Position numbers and translations under genes: made by a program
Source of the DNA: an uncultured bacterium
GTDB taxonomy: Bacteria > Patescibacteriota > Minisyncoccia > UBA6257 > 2-01-FULL-56-20
Assembly: GCA_963705915.1 (NCBI GenBank)
Contig: OY970126.1
Location: 168,306-232,305 of the forward strand
Reading direction: 5' to 3'
DNA: 64,000 nucleotides
The notes under the pieces: model-generated
Told to the model about the DNA's origin: nothing
Database searches by the model: none
Seen by the model: the letters and a program-made list of their open reading frames with translations, nothing else
Shown here: one piece after another, positions 9,145 through 18,900 of the stretch
Position numbering within the stretch: the first letter of the stretch is position 1
How the letters are laid out: each line of letters begins with the position of its first letter

Positions 9145-11541
9145 ATGGGGTTTTATATATTTCTGTCTATGGTTGTAGCGGCAATCCTCGTCGTTGTGAT
9201 TTATTGTATTGTTCGCAGCATCTCGCGGGCGCGCATCGCGAATTCCCTTGGAACGTCAATTTTCCTCATTAAAATTCCGCGATCAGGATCGTCTACGAGC
9301 GGAACCGCTACCGCAGGGGGATCCGAGCATGCCGACTTTAAAGCCGAGCTCGCGCATTTCGAACAACTGCTTGGCGGCCTTACTTCCATAAAAAAACCGG
9401 TCACCTTTGAGATGGCGGTCCCGCACGTTGGCGAGGAAATCCATTTTTATATCGGTGTGCCAAAGCTATCGGCAGAAACTGCGGCAAAACAGATCCAGGG
9501 CCTTTGGAATGGCGCGAGCGTTGAGCTCGTGCAGGACGACTTTAATATTTTTAATGCGAATGGCGCGACGGCTGCAGCCTATCTTGCCCAAAAAGAAAAT
9601 TTTGCGTTACCGATAAAAACCTATGCCGAGCTTGGCCTCGATTCCTTCGAGTCAATCATCGGCGCCTTTTCAAAAGTGAACGAGGTAGGCGAGGGTGTTG
9701 CGCTTCAGATGCTCATCATGCCCGCTTCAAGCAGCACAAAAAAAAGCGTGCAGAGCTACATCAATCTTTTAAAGAAGGGGGAGCCGCTCAAAAAAGTTTT
9801 CGGCAAAGGTTTTCCGGTGAGCGCTTCGGATGTATCGGAGGTTTTTAATCCAAAAACAAAAGAAGAAAAGAAAGAAGAGCTTGTGGTTGATGAAGAAGCG
9901 ATCAAGGCCTTGCAGATGAAGATCGCAAAGCCGCTTTTCAATGTGAATCTTCGCTTGGTTGCTTCCGCGGGATCGCCATTCCAGGCGAATGATATTCTGG
10001 ACGGCCTCGCGGCCGGTTTTAGCCAGTTCGCGAGTCCGATGCGGAACGAGTTCAAAATCGTGAAACCGAGAAACCCAAGCGGCATTGTTAATAAATTTAT
10101 TTATCGCCTGTTCGACACAGGTGAGGCGATGATCCTTTCGGCAGAAGAAATCGCAAGTTTCTATCATTTCCCGATTTCATCCACGGAAACGCCGCACGTG
10201 AAGTGGTTGAAATCAAAGGAAGCGCCGCCGCCCGATAATCTTCCTGCGCAGGGATTGCCGATCGGCGAAAGCGTTTTTCGCGGCCAGTCGAAACCGGTAT
10301 ACATCACGGACGATGATCGGCGGAGGCACGTTTATGTTATCGGTCAAACCGGAACCGGCAAGTCGACGTTGCTTGGTAATATGATCATCGAGGACATCCG
10401 GGCCGGCAAAGGAGTTGCCATCGTTGATCCTCACGGTGACCTCGTGGAAAACGCGCTCGGATTTGTTCCGCGCGAGCGGCTTGATGACGTGATCTATTTC
10501 AATCCCGGCGACCTTTCACGTCCGCTCGGTTTAAATATGCTCGACTTCAATTATGATCGCCCCGAAGAAAAGACATTTATCGTCAACGAAATGCAAAGCA
10601 TTTTTAATAAATTGTTCCCGCCGGAAACGATGGGGCCTATGTTCGAGCAGTATATGCGCAACGCGCTTCTGCTTTTGATGGAAGATATGCAAAATGAACC
10701 GGCGACGCTCATGGAGGTGCCGCGCATCTTTACCGACACGGCGTATCGGCTTCGGAAACTCTCTCGCATCCATAATCCCGTGGTGATCGATTTTTGGGAA
10801 AAGGAGGCGGTAAAAGCCGGCGGCGAAGCATCGCTCGCGAATATGACACCGTATATCACCTCAAAGTTCAACAATTTTATTTCGAACGATTACATGCGCC
10901 CAATCATCGGCCAGCCGAAATCGGCATTCAATTTCCGCGACGTGATGGACAATAGCAAAATTTTGCTTATCAATCTTGCGAAAGGCCGGATCGGCGATAT
11001 CAACGCCGGCCTCCTTGGCATGGTCTTTACGGGGAAAATTCTCATGGCCGCGCTTTCCCGCGTGGATATTGCTGATGCCGACAAACGCCGCGACTTTAAC
11101 CTATATATAGATGAATTCCAGAACTTCACGACGGACTCCATTGCCACGATCCTTTCGGAAGCGCGCAAATATCGACTGAATCTCACGATGGCACATCAGT
11201 TTATCGCCCAGCTCACTGACAAAATCAAAGACGCTGTTTTTGGCAATGTCGGCTCGCAAGTCGTATTCCGGGTTGGCGTGCAGGATGCAGAGTTTCTTGT
11301 AAAACAATTTGAGCCAGTCTTCGATCAAAACGATCTGCTGAATATTGACAATCTGAACGCCTACGCAAAAATTCTGATCAACGGGCAGACTTCCAAGCCG
11401 TTCAATCTTCGCATTGCGACCACGTCATGGAACGGTGGCGATAAGCAACTTGCCGAGAAGCTCAAGGAATATTCGCGGACGAAGTATGGACAGGATCGCC
11501 AAGCTATCGAGGCCGACATTTATAAGCGGCTTCGGGAATAA
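9145..11541 (+). CDS. Membrane-anchored protein fused to a VirD4/TraG/FtsK-like P-loop ATPase
   Basis: N-terminal transmembrane segment; Walker A RRRHVYVIGQTGTGKSTLLGNM followed by VDPHGDL; Walker B-like YIDEFQNF. The N-terminal 400 aa parallel the separate 436-aa ORF at 46800 (HFPI(S/A)... motif at its end), and the C-terminal half parallels the 573-aa ORF at 48113. Confidence 0.7.
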   Translation: MGFYIFLSMVVAAILVVVIYCIVRSISRARIANSLGTSIFLIKIPRSGSSTSGTATAGGSEHADFKAELAHFEQLLGGLTSIKKPVTFEMAVPHVGEEIHFYIGVPKLSAETAAKQIQGLWNGASVELVQDDFNIFNANGATAAAYLAQKENFALPIKTYAELGLDSFESIIGAFSKVNEVGEGVALQMLIMPASSSTKKSVQSYINLLKKGEPLKKVFGKGFPVSASDVSEVFNPKTKEEKKEELVVDEEAIKALQMKIAKPLFNVNLRLVASAGSPFQANDILDGLAAGFSQFASPMRNEFKIVKPRNPSGIVNKFIYRLFDTGEAMILSAEEIASFYHFPISSTETPHVKWLKSKEAPPPDNLPAQGLPIGESVFRGQSKPVYITDDDRRRHVYVIGQTGTGKSTLLGNMIIEDIRAGKGVAIVDPHGDLVENALGFVPRERLDDVIYFNPGDLSRPLGLNMLDFNYDRPEEKTFIVNEMQSIFNKLFPPETMGPMFEQYMRNALLLLMEDMQNEPATLMEVPRIFTDTAYRLRKLSRIHNPVVIDFWEKEAVKAGGEASLANMTPYITSKFNNFISNDYMRPIIGQPKSAFNFRDVMDNSKILLINLAKGRIGDINAGLLGMVFTGKILMAALSRVDIADADKRRDFNLYIDEFQNFTTDSIATILSEARKYRLNLTMAHQFIAQLTDKIKDAVFGNVGSQVVFRVGVQDAEFLVKQFEPVFDQNDLLNIDNLNAYAKILINGQTSKPFNLRIATTSWNGGDKQLAEKLKEYSRTKYGQDRQAIEADIYKRLRE

Positions 11542-11574
11542 GGATTTCGAAGTCGGCGTGGTAAAATAAACGAT

Positions 11575-12708
11575 ATGATTCGCTTTTTGAGTAAAACAAA
11601 ACCCCGAGATATTCGTGGTACGGCTTTATTGCGGCTTGATTTTAACACTGAAGATGATTGGCGGATGCGTGCCGTGCTCCCGACGATTACGTTTTTGTTG
11701 GAACATGGCTGTCGCATTGTTATCGCGAGTCATAAAGGACGCCCGCACGGCTTCGAGAAGAAATATAGTTTGAAAAAAAACGCGGTGCATCTCACGAAAC
11801 TTCTCGGAAAGAAAAGCATTGCCGGTGGCCAGGTTCACTTTGTTCCGCACTTTCGTTTTGGCGAGATAAAGAAAGAAATTGCCACCGCGCCAGAGCGATC
11901 AATTTTCCTTTTGGAGAATTTGCGTTTTATGCCCGGCGAAGAAAAAAATGATCAAAAATTTGCAAAGCAGCTTGCATCACTCGCGGATTTTTATGTGAAC
12001 GACGCTTTTGCGGTATGTCACCGGGCAAATGCCTCCGTGGTTGCCGTCACGAAGCACTTGCCGAGTTATGCAGGGTTCGAACTTGAAAAGGAAATTATTT
12101 CGCTTGGGAAAATCATGGACAATCCTAGCCGTCCACTGACCTTGATCCTTGGAGGCGTGAAAGCCGAAGACAAGCTTGGTGTTGTAACGTTTTTTAAAAA
12201 GAAAGCTGATTGGTTTTTGCTTGGTGGCGGCCCCGCTAATACGATTTTAAAATTACGCGGCATGGACGTAAAAAGATCAATCGTCGACGAGAGTCCCAAG
12301 AGTAATACAGCGTTAAAAAAGATCATCAGCGTTCAACGAGCGGCGCAGCAGATAGTCGTGCCTATTGATTTTGTGTGGCGCGCCGGCGCAATTCTTGATT
12401 TTGGACCGAAGACCGTGGCGGCATTTGCAAAAAAGATTGCGAAAACAAAGACACTGTTATGGAGCGGACCGCTCGGGCTTATCGAAGAAAAAAAATATGC
12501 GAAAGGAAGTGTCCGCATAGCGCGTGCCGTCATAAAAAATAAAAAAATATTCAGCATCGCTGGCGGCGGGGAGACGGTTATGTTCTTAAAGCAATATCAT
12601 CTTGATAAAAAATTCAGCTTTATCTCGACGGGCGGGGGAGCCATGCTTGATTTTTTGGCTCACAAGCCGCTACCGGGGCTTGAGGCGCTTAAATTTGGAA
12701 AACAATAA
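11575..12708 (+). CDS. pgk: Phosphoglycerate kinase
   Basis: LRLDFNTE...ILASHKGRP, the ENLRF...EEKND loop and the C-terminal STGGGAMLDFL. Confidence 0.85.
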   Translation: MIRFLSKTKPRDIRGTALLRLDFNTEDDWRMRAVLPTITFLLEHGCRIVIASHKGRPHGFEKKYSLKKNAVHLTKLLGKKSIAGGQVHFVPHFRFGEIKKEIATAPERSIFLLENLRFMPGEEKNDQKFAKQLASLADFYVNDAFAVCHRANASVVAVTKHLPSYAGFELEKEIISLGKIMDNPSRPLTLILGGVKAEDKLGVVTFFKKKADWFLLGGGPANTILKLRGMDVKRSIVDESPKSNTALKKIISVQRAAQQIVVPIDFVWRAGAILDFGPKTVAAFAKKIAKTKTLLWSGPLGLIEEKKYAKGSVRIARAVIKNKKIFSIAGGGETVMFLKQYHLDKKFSFISTGGGAMLDFLAHKPLPGLEALKFGKQ

Positions 12709-12902
12709 TCAAAAACCCGGTAAGGCTGAAAATGCCTGTGATAAACGGGAATGTTTAGCAAGATTTTTTGTGGGACCACGAACGGAGCCGCTCTATAAGG
12801 CTCGTTTTTCCACAGTTTTTCCTTCCGTTAGGATGATTTCGAGGGTATCATTATACATGAAACATTGCAGCGCTTGTTCCTGGCTGGAGTTCGCTCAAGA
12901 AT

Positions 12903-15900
12903 ATGTCCGTAAGAAATTACGCAAGCGCGGTTACTGCGACATTACTCGCCTCCGTTTTATTATGTAATATTCTGAACGTCGCTCAAGCGACGACGTATAC
13001 ATTTACTCAAAATAATTGGACGGGCGGAGCAACTTCAAATACCGCTCTGCATCCTGGAAACGAAAATGGTTGGACGCAGTATCAGAGCTCCACTGGAATC
13101 GCAGTGTCTTCAACTATTCAACTCGGCACTACGAGTGCTTCGATCTATCAAACTTCGAATACCGATTTTAACGCGGGAACATTTGCGAGTACAACGGTGA
13201 CGGGAAGCGGCGCGGCGGCGAGTGTTGTGCTCGCCACGGGTTCAAGTGTTGTGACGACAACGTCATATGCATACACCGGTGCGACATCTACGTTCATTGT
13301 TCCTGGCGGTGTGACGAGTATAACCATACACGCCGTGGGAGCCGGCGGCGGAATTTCCGGAAGTTTTAATGCTGGATCCGGTGGGTCGAGTACGGGAACA
13401 TTATCCGTAACGCCTGGTGCAACATATTACTTTGTGGTTGGCGGAACTGGTGCCTCGGGCAGTAACACAGAAGCGGGCGGCTTTGGTGGCGGTGGTACTG
13501 GTTATTATGGTGGCGGTGGCGGTGGTATGACCTGGTTTGGTGCAGCAAATATTTTTGGAACGACAACGTCTACTTCTCAGGTTATTATCGTTGCCGGCGG
13601 CGGCGGTGGTGGTTCAAGTTGCCCTGGCGGTACTGGCGGAGGGAGCAGTGGTTCGACTGCAAGTATGACTGGTTGCACAAGTGATTCGGGCGGCACTGGT
13701 GCCGGTGGCGGAACGCAGTCAGCCGGCGGTGTCGGTGCCTACGCCAATTATACGCAGTACAGCGGCGCTAGCGGAACATTCGGTCACGGTGGGAATGGTT
13801 GGTACGTTAATGCCACCAATTTTGGTGGTGCGGGCGGCGGCGGCGGTTATTTCGGCGGCGGCGGAGGATCCACCGATCAATACGCTTGGAACACTGGCGG
13901 CGGCGGCGGATCAGGATTCGTATCGAGCACGCTCAGTGCGGCAACGACGACGCAAGGAACTGGGGCGCCATATCAAACAAACGGATCGTTATCAATTTCT
14001 TATAGTCAAGTTACCTATGTTTCTTCGGGGACGTTCACGTCCGCTCCGCTCAATGCCTCGAATCAAAATTGGAACACGATCTCATGGGATAATAGCGGCG
14101 GTCAAACGATTACCATGAAAGCTCGGTCTGCAAATAATGCGTCGATGACGGGCGCCTTACCGTGGACATCGTGCAGTGCAATCGTGAGCGGTGGTTCTCT
14201 TACCGGCGGAGGATGCGTGAATAATGGCGATGCATATATCCAATATCAAGCGACTCTTTCGACGTCCAATAACGCGCAAAGCCCTTCGCTTGACGATGTG
14301 ACAATAGCCTACACCGGCGTCTCTACGAGCGGCAATCTCGTCTCGTCGCCGTATGACAGCGGCTCGTCTGGTAATGCGATAGGATCGCTTGCGTGGACAG
14401 AAGGTGCGATTCCGGCAAGTACGACGGCCACCATTTCTCTCCGGACGGCTTCCACTTCGGCGTTGCTCGTTTCTTCTCCGTGGACTAATCTCACCGATAA
14501 CACCGCAAACTGTACCAACGTGAGCGGGACGGTCACGTGCAGCAACGCAGCACTCCCTTCGTCGATGCAAAGCGGCAGTGCCAACGAGTGGTTTCAATAC
14601 GAAGTCGCGCTCACAACTTCAAACGCGAGTACGCCGACGATCTCTTCTGTGGTTGTGCAGTACGTCGTAAATTCACCTCCGCAATTCAATCCAGCCATCG
14701 GAGGCGGCACGGGTGTGGCTGCTTCGGAACTTAACGGAACGTCTTCGAGTGCCGGGTGGGTCCAATTCCAATTTTCAGCGCTGGACTCCGACGCCAATAC
14801 CGATGGCAGCTATGGCGGTCATGCCACATCCACGGTGACGCCAAGTTATCAGTATTCATTGAATGGCGGCGCAACCTGGAACCCGATGAATACGTTCATC
14901 ACGCCGAATGCGACATCGGACATCACGATGGCGACCGGCACATGGTCGCCGACGTCCACAATAATATGGAATGCGAAAGCGGATGTCGGGTCGCAATATG
15001 TAACAAACGCAGAGATCAGCGTGACCTTGAACGACCATCAGCCTGCCAACAATACAGCAACCGCGACGAGCGCCGCATTCGCGCTCGACACGCAAGCCCC
15101 GGTTGTGAATTCGCTCACAATGGACGCTAGTGCGCAAACTATCAGCTTCAATTTTTCGGACAATTCCAATTTTTATTATCGCGTGTCGGGTTCTCCGTTT
15201 ACAACATCCACGCCGACATCGAGCCTGCCGTTTGTAAACGTCGGCGGTACTGCCACGACCACATCTGGCTTCCCGCTTGTGTTCGCCTCCACAAGCACTC
15301 CTGTGGTCTATACGGAGTTGGAAGATGTGTACGGTAATGACTTATATCAGATATCGAATGGCCCCGTGGTGCCCACGGGATTTGCCGTTAAGGATGTTTC
15401 AAACAAACAAGCCGGCAAATATCAAGCCTATCTTTCGTGGTCGACGAGTACCATTCCAAACTTCAAACAATACGACGTGTTTCGTTCGACGGGCGGATCG
15501 TTTTCGTCGATAGCGACCGTGACGCCGTCAAGCACGACGTCATATGTCGACACGGGGCTTTCCTCGACGACGGTTTACTATTATAAGATTCGTGTTGAGG
15601 ATACGAACGGGAATATTTCAGCATTCACGCCGCAAGTTTTTATCACGCCGACCGGCAACGGTGGTGGTCCGGCGATTTCTTCTGTGGCTTCAAATCCGAG
15701 CGACACGAGCGCGGTTGTCACATGGAACACCAATATTTTGCCGCAAGCTTCATATGTGTATTGGTCGCTATCTCCCGTGATGGCGGCTCCGGTTTCGATT
15801 GTCGCCGCGGTGGCAACGTCGGGCCCTCCGTTTGTGAATACCGCAACCCTCACGAATCTCGTTCCGGCCGACACCTATTACTTCTACGTGCAGTCGACCG

Positions 15901-18900
15901 ATGCACAGGGGGATACCACGATCGACAACAATAATGGTCTTTACTATAGCTTCCAGGCGACCAATAGCCACCCCCCAGTCATTTCCAATATACAACTCAC
16001 GCCATCGCAAAATTCTGCGGACATCCGGTGGCAGACCGACAAACCAACAAATTCAGCGGTCTATTACGGCACTGCGGCGGGAAGCGAGACAAATTCGGTT
16101 TCGAGCACGATGTCGCTCACCACGACACCGGAAGTCCTTTTGAATAACCTGCAGGCATCGACGACGTACTATTATTATCTCTATTCGAGCGACTCATTGA
16201 ATCATGTGGCGACGACATCGGAATCCTATTTTGTCACTTCACAATTCGGGCCAGTTATTTCCGGCGTGACGACTACGAAGATCGGTTCGACGAGTGCAAC
16301 AATTACGTGGTCAACCAGCAAAGTCGCCAACTCGAACGTCTATTATTCCACGTCGACGAATGCCTCATCGTTTACCGGCATCCAATTATCCGACGCTTCA
16401 ACCACGCACGCCGTTCCAATCACGGGACTCGCTCCTTTGGCGACCTACTATTATTACGTGCAAGCTGTCGACTCATATGGGAACGTGACGACGGATAAAA
16501 ACGGCGGAGCGTACTATTCATTTACGACGGCAGCCGATACCGTTCCTCCGGTTATTTCGAATATAACAACGCCGACCCTTGGCCAGACCGTTGCGACTGT
16601 GGCGTGGAACACCGACAAGGCCGCGACTTCCCGCGTTCTTTACGGAACAACAAGCGGCGTCTATACCGCGTCGACCACGCTCGATCCGACGCTCGTCACG
16701 TCTCATGCCGTATCGCTTACTGGCCTTGCCGCGGCAACCAAATATTACTTTGTCGCGGCTTCCGTCGACCAATATGGCAATAGCGCCACATCAACCGAAC
16801 AATCGTTTACGACGCTCACGCTTCCAGGCCCCGAGATCACGGCGGTTGAGGCCGTGAACACAAATGATTTTGGCGCGACCATCACATGGACCACTGATAC
16901 CAATTCCGATTCACATGTCTATTATTCCACGGCGACATCTTCATTTACGTTTTCCTCGGGTAGCAGCAATTTTGTCGGCGGTTCTGCGCCTTATGCTCAT
17001 TCCGTGACGATCGCAAATCTTGCACCTGGAACAACCTATTATTTTTATGTTCAATCCACCGACCTAAACAACAACACCACGATTAATAAAAATGGGGGAG
17101 CGTATTATGCATTCGCCACCACGAACACCGCAAACCCGACAGTAACCGATATCCAGGCGACGTCAATTACGAGTTCAAGCGCGCTCATCGGTTGGACAAC
17201 CGACAAGCAAGCCAACTCGCAGGTGCTCTATGGCCTTACGTCGGGGAACTATGCTTCCTCGACGTCGGTGTACGATAATGCACCGCGTGTTACAAACCAC
17301 AATGTCGCGCTTTCCGGTCTTGCACCCGATACTATCTACTATTACGTCGTGACGTCAGTCGATTCTGCCGGGAACACAGCGCAATCATCCGAAAATAGTT
17401 TTACAACCGTTGCCCCTGCCGGACCGCAAATTTCCAGCGTGACCGTTGCGAGCGCCTCTGACTACAATGCGACCATCACGTGGACAACCAACACCGATTC
17501 CGATTCGCATGTGTATTATGCAAATAGCACGTCTTCGTTCTCACTTTCGTCGGGGAGCGGCAATCTGGTGGGCGGAGTAGCACCATACGAACATTCGGTC
17601 ACCGTTACAAATCTAACGCCATCGACCACGTATTATTTCTACGTGCAGTCGGTCGACGCTTACAATAATGCTTCTATCGATAAAAATGATGGTGCCTATT
17701 ACTCATTTGTGAGCACGAATGTCGCCCAGCCGGTACTCTCGAATGTTTCGGTGGTGGTGCAGGATCAATATTCTGCGGGGATCACCTGGTCTACCGATAA
17801 GCTTTCGAACTCGCAGGTGTTCTATGGCACGTCGACTGGCATGTATACGGCCTCGACGTCAATAACCGATCTTGGTCTTGTCACGTCGCCGCACTCCTTG
17901 GCGATCACCGGACTCGTGCCCGCGACCACATATTATTTCATGGCGCAGTCGGTGGATGCAGGAGGCAACGTTGGCACGTCGTCAGAACATACCTTTAGGA
18001 CGCTTTCGCTCCTCGGTCCCACAATTACCAATGTTTCCACAACGCCATTCGATGTGACGGCGAATGTGAGTTGGGATACCGATGTCGATGCTGACTCATT
18101 TGTGTTTTACGGAACGTCGACGCAGGCGCTCGCTTCGTCCACGGGGTCGTCGCTATTCATCGGCGGCTCTGCGCCGTTTTATCATGAGGTGACGTTATCC
18201 GGCCTTGCGCCGCAGACCACATATTATTTCTACGTGCAATCCACCGATGCGTCGGGCAACATAGCCTCGACTCAGGCCAATGGCCTTCAGGCATTCACGA
18301 CGAGTGCGCCGGTGTTCTCGAATGTCACGTCGACATACATCGGGGATACGGAAGCAATCATCAACTGGCAAACGACAATGGATTCGGACTCTTTTGTTGA
18401 GTATTTTCAGCCGTTGGGCAGCGGATCAAGTATTGTGGGCGTTGGAACGTCAACGTTGGTCGGCGGTTCTGCGCCGTTCCAACACTCAGTTGAGATTGAC
18501 GGCTTGAACCCCGGCACTACGTATGACTATTATCTCGAATCCGACGACGCGAGTGGCAATGTCCATGTCGACAATAATTTCAACACGTATTACACGTTCA
18601 CAACCACCGATCATCGGCCGCCCGCAATCTCTGATGTTTCAGTGCCAATTGTAAACGCCTCATCCGCGATTATTGTTTGGTCCACCGACCGGCCCGCGAC
18701 GAGTCAGGTGAATTACGGATTGGCGTCGGGCGTCTATACCTCAAGCACCGATCAAGATCCAACACTCAGCGAGTATCACGCCGTGACAATCTCCGGCCTT
18801 GCGGCGTCGACCACCTATTATTTCCAGGCAGTGTCGGATTCAAGTGTTGGGAGCGAGGGGATATCTGGGGATGATTCATTCTCAACGCTCTCCACGGGGG

